This document shows positions 51,048 through 61,118 of a DNA stretch of 64,000 nt, one piece after another. The notes below the pieces were generated by a model. It was given only the letters and a program-made list of their open reading frames with translations, had not been told where the DNA came from and did no database searches. The stretch lies in contig CAZUTO010000001.1 in the NCBI GenBank assembly GCA_964623085.1, positions 43 through 64,042 on the forward strand, read 5' to 3'. The stretch is from an uncultured Porticoccaceae bacterium (GTDB lineage: Bacteria > Pseudomonadota > Gammaproteobacteria > Pseudomonadales > GM7GCV1). A program made the position numbers and the translations under genes. Each line of letters opens with the position of its first letter. Position 1 is the stretch's first letter.

Positions 51048-52187
51048 GTGACTGTTCCTCTGAAGCAACAAATTCGAGTTGGCGCGTATTTAGTCAAGCA
51101 AAAGTTGATGCGGGTAGAGCGATACCCAACCGTGTTGATGCTCGAACCACTTTTCCGTTGCAATTTAGCATGTGCGGGTTGCGGAAAAATTGACTACCCA
51201 GAGGAGACGCTTGATCGACGACTGAGCGTTCAAGAATGTCTCGATGCAGTCGATGACTGTGGCGCGCCTATCGTCTCTATCCCAGGTGGAGAGCCTCTCA
51301 TTCACAATGAGATGCCCGAGATTGTAGAAGGGATTATTGAGCGCAAGAAGTTTGTGTACCTTTGCACGAATGCCTTGTTGTTGAAGAAGAATCTTCATAA
51401 ATATAAGCCGTCGCCATACCTGACGTTTTCTGTTCATCTAGATGGATTAGCAGAAAAACACGATGCATCGGTGTGCAGGAAAGGGGTATTCGATAAAGCG
51501 GTTGATGCTGCACGAGCGGCGCTCGATGCGGGCTTTAGAGTCACAGTTAACTGTACGCTGTTTCAGAACGAGACTGCTGAAGAAATAGCTGAATTTATGG
51601 ACTTCTGCATGGAGCTCGGTGTGGAAGGTGTGACTATCTCCCCGGGATACAGCTACCAGCACGCGCCACAGCAAGAGATTTTTCTTAAACGTCAGGCAAG
51701 TAAGTCGTTGTTTCGTGACCTGTTCAAGATGGGTAAGGGGCGCAAGTGGCGCTTTAATCAATCTAGTTTGTTCTTGGATTTTCTCGCTGGCAACCAAGAT
51801 TATCGGTGTACGCCATGGGGTAATCCAACTCGGAACATTTTTGGCTGGCAGAAACCCTGCTATTTGTTGGTTGACGATGGTTACGCAGATAGCTTCGACT
51901 CGTTAATTAATGACACTGAGTGGGAAAAATACGGGACTGGAAAAAATCCAAAATGTGCCGACTGTATGGTGCATTGTGGCTACGAACCTTCAGCGATTGA
52001 TGACACGCTTCGCAACCCTCTAAAAGCATTGAGAGTGGCGCTGTTTGGTCCAAGAACAGAAGGGCCAATGGTGGCAGAACCACCCATTGAATATATCCAA
52101 ACCTATAATGTGACCGAAGTGGCGAAGCAACCAGCTGAACAAGTGTTGGACGCCAGCGAGAAAGCAACCGGAACATCCCCTAATTGA
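51048..52187 (+). CDS. hpnH: Adenosyl-hopene transferase (radical SAM)
   Basis: The radical-SAM motif CNLACAGC is present, followed by SIPGGEPL. Size is 379 aa and the gene sits among hopanoid genes. Confidence 0.8.
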   Translation: MTVPLKQQIRVGAYLVKQKLMRVERYPTVLMLEPLFRCNLACAGCGKIDYPEETLDRRLSVQECLDAVDDCGAPIVSIPGGEPLIHNEMPEIVEGIIERKKFVYLCTNALLLKKNLHKYKPSPYLTFSVHLDGLAEKHDASVCRKGVFDKAVDAARAALDAGFRVTVNCTLFQNETAEEIAEFMDFCMELGVEGVTISPGYSYQHAPQQEIFLKRQASKSLFRDLFKMGKGRKWRFNQSSLFLDFLAGNQDYRCTPWGNPTRNIFGWQKPCYLLVDDGYADSFDSLINDTEWEKYGTGKNPKCADCMVHCGYEPSAIDDTLRNPLKALRVALFGPRTEGPMVAEPPIEYIQTYNVTEVAKQPAEQVLDASEKATGTSPN

Positions 52188-52298
52188 GTTGAGCAGACCG
52201 CTAACTCGTTGGTCAATTCGGGCAGGTTAAAGACTACTTTAATGCATGTATAACCCTTTCAAGCAGAACTGCTGCTTGATAAACGACTATTTTTTGAC

Positions 52299-53450
52299 AT
52301 GCCTAGATTTGAATCACGCGACACACAAGACCTGACAGACAGCGCTTATCAGGACTATATCTTACAAGGGGTGTCGCGCACCTTCGCACTCACCATTCCA
52401 CAGCTTCCCGAAGCGCTTAGAGAAGCTGTAGGTAATGCCTATTTGCTGTGTCGTATCGCCGATACCATTGAAGACGACCCACTTATGCCTCCAGAGCAAA
52501 AAGCGGTGCTGTCTCAGCAATTTATCGATGTCGTAGCCGGAGAGCACGACGCACAACAATTTGCGGATACGATGTCTGCCGCTTTGGCTGAAGAAGCGCC
52601 TATCGCTGAAAAAGATCTCATTGCCAACACGGCACGTGTCATAGCGCTTACGAGAAGTTTTAGTGATGTTCAGCAAGCAGCCATGCATCGTTGTGTTGCG
52701 ATCATGGCAGAAGGGATGAGCTACTATCAGGCAAATCTTCCGTCCGAAGGCCTCGAAGATATTCCGGCATTAGATCGTTATTGCTACCACGTGGCAGGTG
52801 TAGTGGGTGAAATGCTCACTGAGCTTTACTGCGATTACAACGAAGAAATGCGGTCGAATCATGATTTATTGATGGAGTTGTCGCTATCTTTCGGGCAAGG
52901 GCTCCAGATGACCAACATCCTTAAGGATATTTGGGACGATCATAGCCGCAATGTCTATTGGTTGCCTCGCACCCTGTTTGAAAAGCATGGCATCGAACTA
53001 AAGAACCTTACTGAGGTTCATAATACGGACGCCTTTGCCGACGTTTTAAATGAATTGATTGGTATCGCGCATGCACATCTGCAAAACGCGCTTCGATATA
53101 CGCTGCTTATTCCGGCCAAAGAAACAGGCATGCGCCGTTTTTGTTTTTGGGCGATTGGTATGGCGTTGTCCTCGCTGAGGAAGATTTATCTCAATCCAGA
53201 TTTTTCTGACAGCCAAGATGTCAAAATTTCGCGTCGAGCAGTATCGAGCGTGATTGCATTAACCAACCTGAGTGTCAGGTCTGACGTATTGTTGTCAGCG
53301 TTGTTTAAATTTACGGGTCGTGGCCTTCCTGCACCTATCGATTCACCGATTGAATCAAAGGATATCTGCATCAAAAACTATCTGGACAAAGTAATAAGTT
53401 CAGACGATGCAAGCTTGTTCAGTTTAAATCAGACTCAATCAAATTCATGA
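52299..53450 (+). CDS. sqs: Squalene synthase (single-enzyme Sqs type; squalene/phytoene synthase family)
   Basis: 383 aa. Aspartate-rich motifs are CRIADTIEDD and NILKDIWDD, with YCYHVAGVVGEM. It is longer than typical HpnC/HpnD (about 280-300 aa). Confidence 0.7.
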   Translation: MPRFESRDTQDLTDSAYQDYILQGVSRTFALTIPQLPEALREAVGNAYLLCRIADTIEDDPLMPPEQKAVLSQQFIDVVAGEHDAQQFADTMSAALAEEAPIAEKDLIANTARVIALTRSFSDVQQAAMHRCVAIMAEGMSYYQANLPSEGLEDIPALDRYCYHVAGVVGEMLTELYCDYNEEMRSNHDLLMELSLSFGQGLQMTNILKDIWDDHSRNVYWLPRTLFEKHGIELKNLTEVHNTDAFADVLNELIGIAHAHLQNALRYTLLIPAKETGMRRFCFWAIGMALSSLRKIYLNPDFSDSQDVKISRRAVSSVIALTNLSVRSDVLLSALFKFTGRGLPAPIDSPIESKDICIKNYLDKVISSDDASLFSLNQTQSNS

Positions 53451-54190
53451 AAATTGGGATTGTGTGTGCGCTTCGAGTAGAGGCGCACAGCCTGTTGCAA
53501 ACATTGGGTATTGCGACAGATTCAGCAACTGAAAGATATTGTTTCCCAGCCTCAAAAAAGTCGCAATGCAGTCTGATTATTTCCGGCATGGGACCGGAGC
53601 GAGCTGCGCAAGCAGCTAAAGAATTAGCAGAAGAGGGCGCAGATCTACTAGTAAGTTGGGGCTTCGCCGGTGGCCTGGATCCAAAGCTCACAACTGGTCA
53701 GTTACTTATTCCTTCTAGGCTAGTAACGGAAGCGGGGGTTAACATTCCACTAAGTGCTCAAGCGGATGAACTTGTATTTAATTCATTGGCAACAAAAATG
53801 GCAGTATCGAATGAATCCTTGGTTCCTGTTGAAGATGCAGTGAAATCAGTAGAAGACAAAGAAACGCTTTATAGAGCGTCCGGCGCCGCAGCCGTCGATA
53901 TGGAATCCGGCGCGATTGCGAGTGTTGCTAATGAAAAGGAAGTACCTTTTCTCGCAGTGCGTGCATTATTTGATGATGCTAGTCGCCACTTGCCGCATTT
54001 TATCGATAGCGCTGTCGACGAGTTTGGCTCGGTAAAAATAGCGCCATTCTTGAACGCGATACTTAGACACCCTAAAGATCTTTTTTTATTGCCCTCGCTT
54101 CAGCGAGAGTCGAAGGCAGCATTGCAAAGCCTGCAGGAGGCCGCAAAACATCTTCCTGAACTAGCTGCTGAGCTTGAGGAGGCATTATGA
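53447..54190 (+). CDS. hpnG: Hopanoid-associated phosphorylase/nucleosidase
   Basis: PNP/UDP-1-fold pattern: MKIGIVCALRVEA...VSWGFAGGL...VDMESGAIA. The start has an ATGA overlap with sqs. Confidence 0.7.
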   Translation: MKIGIVCALRVEAHSLLQTLGIATDSATERYCFPASKKSQCSLIISGMGPERAAQAAKELAEEGADLLVSWGFAGGLDPKLTTGQLLIPSRLVTEAGVNIPLSAQADELVFNSLATKMAVSNESLVPVEDAVKSVEDKETLYRASGAAAVDMESGAIASVANEKEVPFLAVRALFDDASRHLPHFIDSAVDEFGSVKIAPFLNAILRHPKDLFLLPSLQRESKAALQSLQEAAKHLPELAAELEEAL

Positions 54191-55164
54191 AAGCTCTCGT
54201 AACAGGCGCCGCTGGGTTCGTTGGCTCTGCGATCGCTCGTAAATTGATCGAAGAGGGTATAGATGTTCGCTGCATGGTTCGTTCTAGTAGTGATCTACAA
54301 AACCTCAAAGATCTTGACGTTGAATTGGTTGAAGGCGATTTGTGCGATGCAAACTCTATGGCGGAGGCATTGCGTGATTGCGTCTTACTTTTCCATGTCG
54401 CGGCGGATTACCGATTGTGGATTCCTAATCCAGATTCTATGTACAAAACGAATGTCGAAGGCACGGTAAATTTGATGCGCGCAGCAATGGATGTCGGCGT
54501 TGAACGTATTGTTTACACCAGTAGTGTCGCGACCTTGGGGATTCACCCTGATGGAACACCGGCAGACGAGACGACGCCTTCATCTATCGAAGATATGATC
54601 GGGCACTACAAACGGTCAAAATTCCTCGCGGAGCAGGAAGTGAGCCGCATGGCGCGAGAAGAATCGTTGCCTGTCGTCATTGTGAATCCGTCTACCCCCA
54701 TTGGTCCTGGGGACATTAAGCCGACGCCGACTGGCAAATTGATACAAGATGCGGTGAAAGGTCGCATGCCTGCCTATGTCGATACAGGCCTCAATTTTGT
54801 TCATGTTGACGATGTTGCGGATGGTCATATTCTTGCGTGGGAAAAAGGTGAACTAGGCGAGCGATATATTCTTGGCGGTGAAGACCTCAGTTTGCAACAG
54901 ACTTTAGCGATTGTTGCAGAGCTGACAGCTCGACCGGCCCCCAAGGTGAAAATTCCGCAACCCGTTGCTATGGCTATCGCGATTGTTTGTGAAACGGGCG
55001 CGAAACTTATTCCAAGTATTGAGCCAATCGCCACCGTCGAAGGCGTAAAAATGTCTCGTAAGAAGATGTATTTTTCATCAGAGAAAGCGATGAAGGCTTT
55101 AGGCTACCAACCTCGGCCAGTGTTCGAAGCGATTACAGCAGCAGTGGATTGGTTTTCATCTTGA
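54187..55164 (+). CDS. hpnA: Hopanoid-associated NAD-dependent sugar epimerase/dehydratase
   Basis: The Rossmann motif TGAAGFVGSAI and the catalytic-type YKRSK motif are present. The start has an ATGA overlap with hpnG. Confidence 0.7.
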   Translation: MKALVTGAAGFVGSAIARKLIEEGIDVRCMVRSSSDLQNLKDLDVELVEGDLCDANSMAEALRDCVLLFHVAADYRLWIPNPDSMYKTNVEGTVNLMRAAMDVGVERIVYTSSVATLGIHPDGTPADETTPSSIEDMIGHYKRSKFLAEQEVSRMAREESLPVVIVNPSTPIGPGDIKPTPTGKLIQDAVKGRMPAYVDTGLNFVHVDDVADGHILAWEKGELGERYILGGEDLSLQQTLAIVAELTARPAPKVKIPQPVAMAIAIVCETGAKLIPSIEPIATVEGVKMSRKKMYFSSEKAMKALGYQPRPVFEAITAAVDWFSS

Positions 55165-55202
55165 TGGAGCATTTGGGCAGTGTTTGATATCGGACTAAAT
55201 AT

Positions 55203-55643
55203 TCACTGCTCGATCTGATCGTAGAGATTTGAAACTAGTTTTTCCGCATTAAGCGTAGAGCGTTGGCACTCCGGCACGGCGTTGACTAATGCGAGTTGCT
55301 CTGAACGGCTACTATTAGAACCGTCGCGGCGATTTGCAGCGAAACGATTGAGTGGGGCACAGGCATTTAACATTTGATCGTCAGCAGCCTGAAGTTGGGG
55401 AATATGATCATCAAGGCCTAACTGAGGATGTTGAGTAATGACATCCAGCGTCTCTATGATGTTTACAGAGGTAGCGTTGTGTTGACGAAAAATCGCGGCC
55501 GCATAGTCCTTGAATTCGTCACTTGTAGCACGCAGGCGCTGACCATCGGTCGTCTCGATTAATGGCGCACAAGCTATGCACAATGTGCATAATAGCGCCT
55601 GAAATAAGTGCTTTGTGAGTAGTTCGTCTGGTTGTAAAGACAA
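55203..55643 (-). CDS. Hypothetical protein (146 aa), possibly exported
   Basis: The N-terminus is hydrophobic (ALLCTLCIACAPL). The gene lies on the opposite strand between hpnA and shc. No family recognised. Confidence 0.4.
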   Translation of the reverse strand: MSLQPDELLTKHLFQALLCTLCIACAPLIETTDGQRLRATSDEFKDYAAAIFRQHNATSVNIIETLDVITQHPQLGLDDHIPQLQAADDQMLNACAPLNRFAANRRDGSNSSRSEQLALVNAVPECQRSTLNAEKLVSNLYDQIEQ

Positions 55644-55690
55644 GAGCTTGTCCCAAATAAGAGTTTAGAAAAGCGTATTTAAGAAACGCG

Positions 55691-57727
55691 ATGATTATGT
55701 CAAAAATCGAAGAATTTGAACATCGGAGTAGCCCTGAGCTCGATATAGAACGATCGATCGAATCGGGACTTACTTGGATTGACAAAGAGCAGACACCAGA
55801 GGGTTTTTGGGTGGGTATGCTCGAAACGAATTGCTGTATGGAAGCGGAATGGCTAATGGCCTTTCATATCTTGGGCATCAAATGCCCGGACGCAGACAAG
55901 ATTGTGAGTGGAATACTCTCTAAACAGCGTTCTGATGGCGCTTGGGATACCTATCACGATGCGCCTAACGGTGACATCAATACCACAGTGGAAAGTTATG
56001 CAGCATTGCGGATATCGGGAATGTCCGCGAATTCTGATGAATTGCGGTTAGCCAGAGAGTGGATTCTCTCCCATGGAGGTTTGGGAAAAGTGCGGGTGTT
56101 TACGCGCTACTGGTTAGCGATGCTAGGGGAATGGCCTTGGGAGAAAACACCAAACTTGCCACCAGAAATCATCTGGTTGCCGAAGTGGGTGCCCTTTAAT
56201 ATTTATCACTTTTCGTCTTGGGCTAGAGCAACCTTAGTACCATTGTGTGTGCTGTCGTCCATGCGTTTTGTTCGTCCTTTATCTAATGAGCAGCAACTAG
56301 ATGAATTGTTTCCGGACGGTAGAGATAACTTCGACTACTCATTGCCCACGCGCAGTGGCTTTTTATCGTGGGAAAAACTCTTTCTTGGACTGGACAGATG
56401 CCTGCATTTTTTCCAGCGATTGAAGATAACGCCTGGTCGCCGCTCAGCAGCAAAGCACTGTCTTGAGTGGATTGTGCGGCACCAAGATGCGGATGGGGCA
56501 TGGGGAGGCATCCAGCCGCCCTGGATCTATAGCGTGATATCGCTCTATGCCTCTGGCTATGATTTGCATAACCCGAATGTATCCAAGGCAATCTCTGCGT
56601 TGAATGATCATTGGTCATACGAACGCGATGGTCACCGGTTTATCCAAGCCTGTGAATCGCCGGTATGGGATACGCTGCTGACGCTGCTCGCCATGCAAGA
56701 TTGTAACCGTAGTGTCGATAACCATCAGGTAATGAGTACGGCTATTGATTGGATTTTGGATAAAGAATGTGAGTTTCGCGGTGATTGGGCTCAATTGACC
56801 CCGAACGCCAACGCTGGTGGTTGGGCGTTTGAGCGCGCTAATGTGCATTACCCAGATATCGATGACACAGCGGTGGCTATTTTAGTACTTGCGCGTGCGC
56901 AATCCGATTCCCCTAATGGGCGTATCGATGTGCCTTTGCAGCGAGCCATTGAATGGGTTTTGGCCATGCAATCTGACAACGGTGGCTGGGGTGCGTTTGA
57001 TCGGAATAATCACACCGAAATTATTACCAAGATCCCGTTCTGCGATTTTGGTGAAGTACTAGACCCACCTAGTGCAGATGTGACCGCACACGTTGTGGAA
57101 GCGCTGGCCCATGCGGGGTACAAGAAGACTGATAGCCGAGTGCGCTCGGCCATAAACTACTTGTGGGAAGAGCAAGAACCGGCGGGTTGCTGGTTTGGTC
57201 GCTGGGGTGTGAATTACATCTACGGGACAGCGGCAGTGCTGCCCGCCTTGGCGGCCGCTGGCGAAGATATGCAGCAGGAGCGAGTGATTCGCGCGGTGGA
57301 TTGGTTGTTGGCACATCAAAACTCGGATGGTAGTTGGGGTGAGACCTGTGCGTCTTACATGGATCTTTCCCTAGCGGGAAAAGGCGAGGGCACCGCGTCC
57401 CAGACAGCTTGGGCAATGATGGCACTCCTAGCCACGTTTGAACAAACAACGCCAGCACCTGCTGTGAAGCAAGCGCTTTTGGCAGCTATTGATTATCTTG
57501 TGAGAACTCAGAAAGAAGGAACCTGGGATGAGGCCCATCATACAGGCACTGGGTTCCCCGGTTACGGCTTTGGCGCGCGTTTGGAAGAGAAAGTGACAGC
57601 AGAGCCGTTGCAGCAGGGTGTAGAGTTGTCACGAGCCTTTATGCTGAACTACAACCTATATCGCCATTATTTCCCATTGATAGCCTTAGGCCGTGCTCGA
57701 AACCAGCTGGGGTCTATAGCAAGTTAG
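55691..57727 (+). CDS. shc: Squalene-hopene cyclase
   Basis: 678 aa. The catalytic motif is YPDIDDTAVAIL (DxDDTA). Several QW-type repeats are present (QxxDGGWG, QNSDGSWGE). Confidence 0.95.
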   Translation: MIMSKIEEFEHRSSPELDIERSIESGLTWIDKEQTPEGFWVGMLETNCCMEAEWLMAFHILGIKCPDADKIVSGILSKQRSDGAWDTYHDAPNGDINTTVESYAALRISGMSANSDELRLAREWILSHGGLGKVRVFTRYWLAMLGEWPWEKTPNLPPEIIWLPKWVPFNIYHFSSWARATLVPLCVLSSMRFVRPLSNEQQLDELFPDGRDNFDYSLPTRSGFLSWEKLFLGLDRCLHFFQRLKITPGRRSAAKHCLEWIVRHQDADGAWGGIQPPWIYSVISLYASGYDLHNPNVSKAISALNDHWSYERDGHRFIQACESPVWDTLLTLLAMQDCNRSVDNHQVMSTAIDWILDKECEFRGDWAQLTPNANAGGWAFERANVHYPDIDDTAVAILVLARAQSDSPNGRIDVPLQRAIEWVLAMQSDNGGWGAFDRNNHTEIITKIPFCDFGEVLDPPSADVTAHVVEALAHAGYKKTDSRVRSAINYLWEEQEPAGCWFGRWGVNYIYGTAAVLPALAAAGEDMQQERVIRAVDWLLAHQNSDGSWGETCASYMDLSLAGKGEGTASQTAWAMMALLATFEQTTPAPAVKQALLAAIDYLVRTQKEGTWDEAHHTGTGFPGYGFGARLEEKVTAEPLQQGVELSRAFMLNYNLYRHYFPLIALGRARNQLGSIAS

Positions 57728-57734
57728 AGTGCAG

Positions 57735-58355
57735 TTATTGCTGGCTTTCTAATTCAAGAATTTGCTGATCTAAGTGTTTAATTAGACCGTCAAAGCCGAG
57801 ATCTTGGATGATACCTGCATACTCCGAACGACGCAGTGCAAGATCACTGACTCCGTCCGCGATGATATTAATAATACGCCAGTCGCCATCCGTTTGTTGC
57901 AGGCTATAGTCGAGAGGAATTTCTCGTTCGGCGGCATCTATCAGGGTGTTCACTTCCGCTCGGTCGCCGCGGATAGAAGGTGTATGTGATGCGGTCAGCT
58001 GCTCTATGCTCAATACGGCGTTTTTGGCCTGACTAAATCGATCGATGTAGAGCCAAATACTGAGTGTTTCAAACCGATCGACAAACAATCGCCGCTCGTC
58101 TTCACTTAAGTCTGACCAAGACCTGTTTAATGTGAAGCGTGCGATATAGTTTAGATCGTGAGTTGATTTTACAACCGGCGCAAGCCCTTCATAGGCAGCT
58201 TCCTTTTCTGTGCTTGGATCGAGCTCATTGAGTGCAACATGTAAATTAACAACTTGTTCGATGGCGCCTTGGGTGAGGACTTCGTCTTCGTTGCCCAGTG
58301 CGCATGTAGCGATTGTTAGTAGTACAGCGGTCGCAATCAAAATTCGACTTCTCAT
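57735..58355 (-). CDS. hpnM: MlaC/Ttg2D-like lipid-binding periplasmic protein (HpnM-like)
   Basis: It has a signal peptide, is about 200 aa, and lies adjacent to hpnN. FTLNRSWSDLSEDERRLFVDRFE follows the Tgt2/MlaC pattern. Confidence 0.55.
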   Translation of the reverse strand: MRSRILIATAVLLTIATCALGNEDEVLTQGAIEQVVNLHVALNELDPSTEKEAAYEGLAPVVKSTHDLNYIARFTLNRSWSDLSEDERRLFVDRFETLSIWLYIDRFSQAKNAVLSIEQLTASHTPSIRGDRAEVNTLIDAAEREIPLDYSLQQTDGDWRIINIIADGVSDLALRRSEYAGIIQDLGFDGLIKHLDQQILELESQQ

Positions 58356-58469
58356 CTATCTTGTCCTAACTTGGCTGAAATGGTGATTTATTTTGTTTCT
58401 ATTCTAACGGGAATAGAATCGCTGGTATTTATCTCTTTGCAATGTCGTTGTTATGCCAGAAAGCGATCT

Positions 58470-61073
58470 TTAGATGCTGGCGCTTTTATCTGAGCTCATA
58501 GCAAGCAACGTCGGCAAGACGAATATCATAATCCCAATGATAACGATTAGGCCAATGCTCAAGAGAAGGCCCATTCCAGCCATTCCCAAATGAGATGAAG
58601 TAGCGAGGCTGCCGAAGCTGACTAGCGTGGTTAAACCGCTAAATAGAATGGCTCTAGCAGTACTGCTTCCTAGCAGCTTCTCACCCTGCTTGAGTAGTCT
58701 GGCCCTGTGTACCATGTGAATCCCGTTGTCGACGCCAATGCCCAGCATGAGTGGCAGCGCAATGACGTTAGCAAAGTTGAATGGTAAGCCGATAAGGTTG
58801 GCTATGCCAACAATGATCAGTGCGCCCATAGTCAGAGGAATGAGAACCAAAGCTGTATCTTTTAGAGATCGTAAAAAGAGAAGCAGTAATAGACTCACGG
58901 CAATGAGTGCATAGATGAATGCTTGAATGAAAGCATCTCTGACGGTGCCACCAGCCTCTTGGTAAACAACGGGTAGTCCGGTTACATTTGGTGCAAGGGT
59001 TTGCACGGCGGATACAAATTTTTTGGCTGAATCAGGCTCAGTGACATCCTCTGACGGAACTACTTCTAACAGCGTAGCACCTGAATCTGTTTGCCATTGT
59101 CGAGTAAAATCAGAAGGGAGGGAGTCAATCGATAGCCCTTGCGGGTAGAGTCGGAGCGCCAATACCTCCATCGCGCGCGGTAAATCAGCAAGTAGGTTTT
59201 CCTGCAATTGGCTAACAATGCGGTTGGTTTCATTGTTCTCAGTGTCACTGGCGTCTACCGACAGAGCATCCTCTAGCTTGGATAGGTTGGATTTTAGCTC
59301 TGTTAATAGAGGGTTGTCCGCGTTCGCAAGGCTAGAAAACGCTGCCAATGAGCGGCGCAATTCGTCCTGATTGACCGTTTCTAACGCAGAGAACTGGTGA
59401 AATCGTGGGCCAAGTAAAATTGCCAAATCATCCAAAATAAATTGTTTATATTCAATATTTTGCGGAATAAAATTAGACAAGAATCTCACTGTGTGAACTT
59501 GCGGTAATTGCTCTAGTTCAGTGGCAAGAGCGACGGGGTCATTGTCTGGCGGGACGATGATGGAAACAAAATTAGGTGCTGTTTGTGGGCTTTCACTCAA
59601 CTCGTAAAAGGTTTGCACAGATTCGGTGTTTGGATCGCGAATCAAAATGGGATCGGCTTCAAATACGAGTTGCTGCAGTGTTGCCGCACTCGCTATAGCC
59701 AAAAGTATCGGCATTCCTAGCACCAGCTTTTTGTTATCTAATAGGTTGGAAACACGCTCTCCAAAAGCCCAGCTTTTCGCTGTGGGGCTAAGCGCGAGTT
59801 CATTTGGCAGTATCAAAACAGCTAACGAGGGCACAAGCGTGAGTGTCACTAGTAGGCTTATAAACATACCTGTACCGGAGATAAGGCCTAGCTCAGAAAT
59901 ACCAGTAAAACTCGTTGGCATAAAGGCGTAGAAAGCCACTGCTGTGGTCACGGAGCATATAAATAGAGAGCCACCAACGTCTCCACTAGTGGTCTCAAGT
60001 GCTGTGGGGAGCGTATTTCCGTCAGCTGTTAATTCACGAACACGCAGTAGGTAGTGAATAACGAAATCAACAGCCAAGCCTATGTATAGCATGGTGAAAG
60101 CCACTGATATGACATTGAGACTGCCTACCGCCCAAGCAGCAAATCCTGCGGTGCATATGAGTCCAATGAATAGCGCGAGAATACTGATGGCAATGAAGCG
60201 CAAACTCCGAAAAGCCATTAGTAGTACCACGGCAACGAGCGCCAGCGCCAAGAAACCAGAGAGCTTGGCATTTTGACTAACGCTAACCAGCTCTTCGTCT
60301 TCGAGTGCAATAATTCCCGTCACATTGATTTCAACCTGCCCAGAAAACGCGTTTTCGGTTTCCTGGCCAAATTGATCTATAGCTTCTAGTGCCCATCGGG
60401 CTTGTCTTGGTATTGCTGTGTCCAGAACTGGTGCGACGACAATGATCCGAACCAGTGAATTTTGGTTGTCCCTGCTCAAACCCCAATCTAGGGAAACATC
60501 TTTGCTCTCTAGGCTTTCTGCGATGATTGAATTGGTTTTTTCTATGAAGGCGGCATTGTCTTCTGGTTGCTTCTCAATCAGAAGCGCTAGCATGTCGAGA
60601 AACACAGGTAACGAATAGTTTTCACGTAGCCGGCCGAGCAGTGGCTGGGCGGCAGTCAGATCGTCAGACAGATCTTCAAGTGCTTCCGTCTCAAGGTAGA
60701 GTAGTTCTTGGCCTGCGATAGGTGCATCGTTGGTCGCAGCGTAGCTGCTTTTTATTTGATCGGAATGATCGAGTAGGTCGTCTAAGTAGGCAGTCGCTTG
60801 GTCGGCCAGCGCCGAGGTTTTTCCTTTGATCAGCACAACGATGCTGCGATTTTTTTCAGGAAATTGGTTGCGAAACTCGATGACGTTTTGGCGCCATTCC
60901 AGCTTGTTAGAAATCATATCCTCGGTATTGGTATTGATACCGAGATTGTTCGCCGTGTAAAACGCAATAAGAAGACTAAGAAACACGCTGATGCTGACTA
61001 CAGTGCGCGCATACTTGATTGTAAGGCGCGTCCAGCGTTTTAAAAGTGCGCTACCATCTTGGGCAAAGTGCAT
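58470..61073 (-). CDS. hpnN: Hopanoid-associated RND/MMPL-type transporter
   Basis: 867 aa with a 12-TM RND topology and two large periplasmic loops. It sits in a hopanoid-cluster context. Confidence 0.7.
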   Translation of the reverse strand: MHFAQDGSALLKRWTRLTIKYARTVVSISVFLSLLIAFYTANNLGINTNTEDMISNKLEWRQNVIEFRNQFPEKNRSIVVLIKGKTSALADQATAYLDDLLDHSDQIKSSYAATNDAPIAGQELLYLETEALEDLSDDLTAAQPLLGRLRENYSLPVFLDMLALLIEKQPEDNAAFIEKTNSIIAESLESKDVSLDWGLSRDNQNSLVRIIVVAPVLDTAIPRQARWALEAIDQFGQETENAFSGQVEINVTGIIALEDEELVSVSQNAKLSGFLALALVAVVLLMAFRSLRFIAISILALFIGLICTAGFAAWAVGSLNVISVAFTMLYIGLAVDFVIHYLLRVRELTADGNTLPTALETTSGDVGGSLFICSVTTAVAFYAFMPTSFTGISELGLISGTGMFISLLVTLTLVPSLAVLILPNELALSPTAKSWAFGERVSNLLDNKKLVLGMPILLAIASAATLQQLVFEADPILIRDPNTESVQTFYELSESPQTAPNFVSIIVPPDNDPVALATELEQLPQVHTVRFLSNFIPQNIEYKQFILDDLAILLGPRFHQFSALETVNQDELRRSLAAFSSLANADNPLLTELKSNLSKLEDALSVDASDTENNETNRIVSQLQENLLADLPRAMEVLALRLYPQGLSIDSLPSDFTRQWQTDSGATLLEVVPSEDVTEPDSAKKFVSAVQTLAPNVTGLPVVYQEAGGTVRDAFIQAFIYALIAVSLLLLLFLRSLKDTALVLIPLTMGALIIVGIANLIGLPFNFANVIALPLMLGIGVDNGIHMVHRARLLKQGEKLLGSSTARAILFSGLTTLVSFGSLATSSHLGMAGMGLLLSIGLIVIIGIMIFVLPTLLAMSSDKSASI

Positions 61074-61118
61074 GAGTATGAATAACTTTAGGTTGTTTCC
61101 AGAGCCGAAGTGATGAAT

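Noticed and set aside
52259-52295. Hairpin TCAAGCAG-aactg-CTGCTTGA between hpnH and sqs as a terminator
   Set aside because: The T-run starts about 10 nt after the stem, so it is not a canonical intrinsic terminator. It could be an attenuator or processing site, but the evidence is too weak to annotate.
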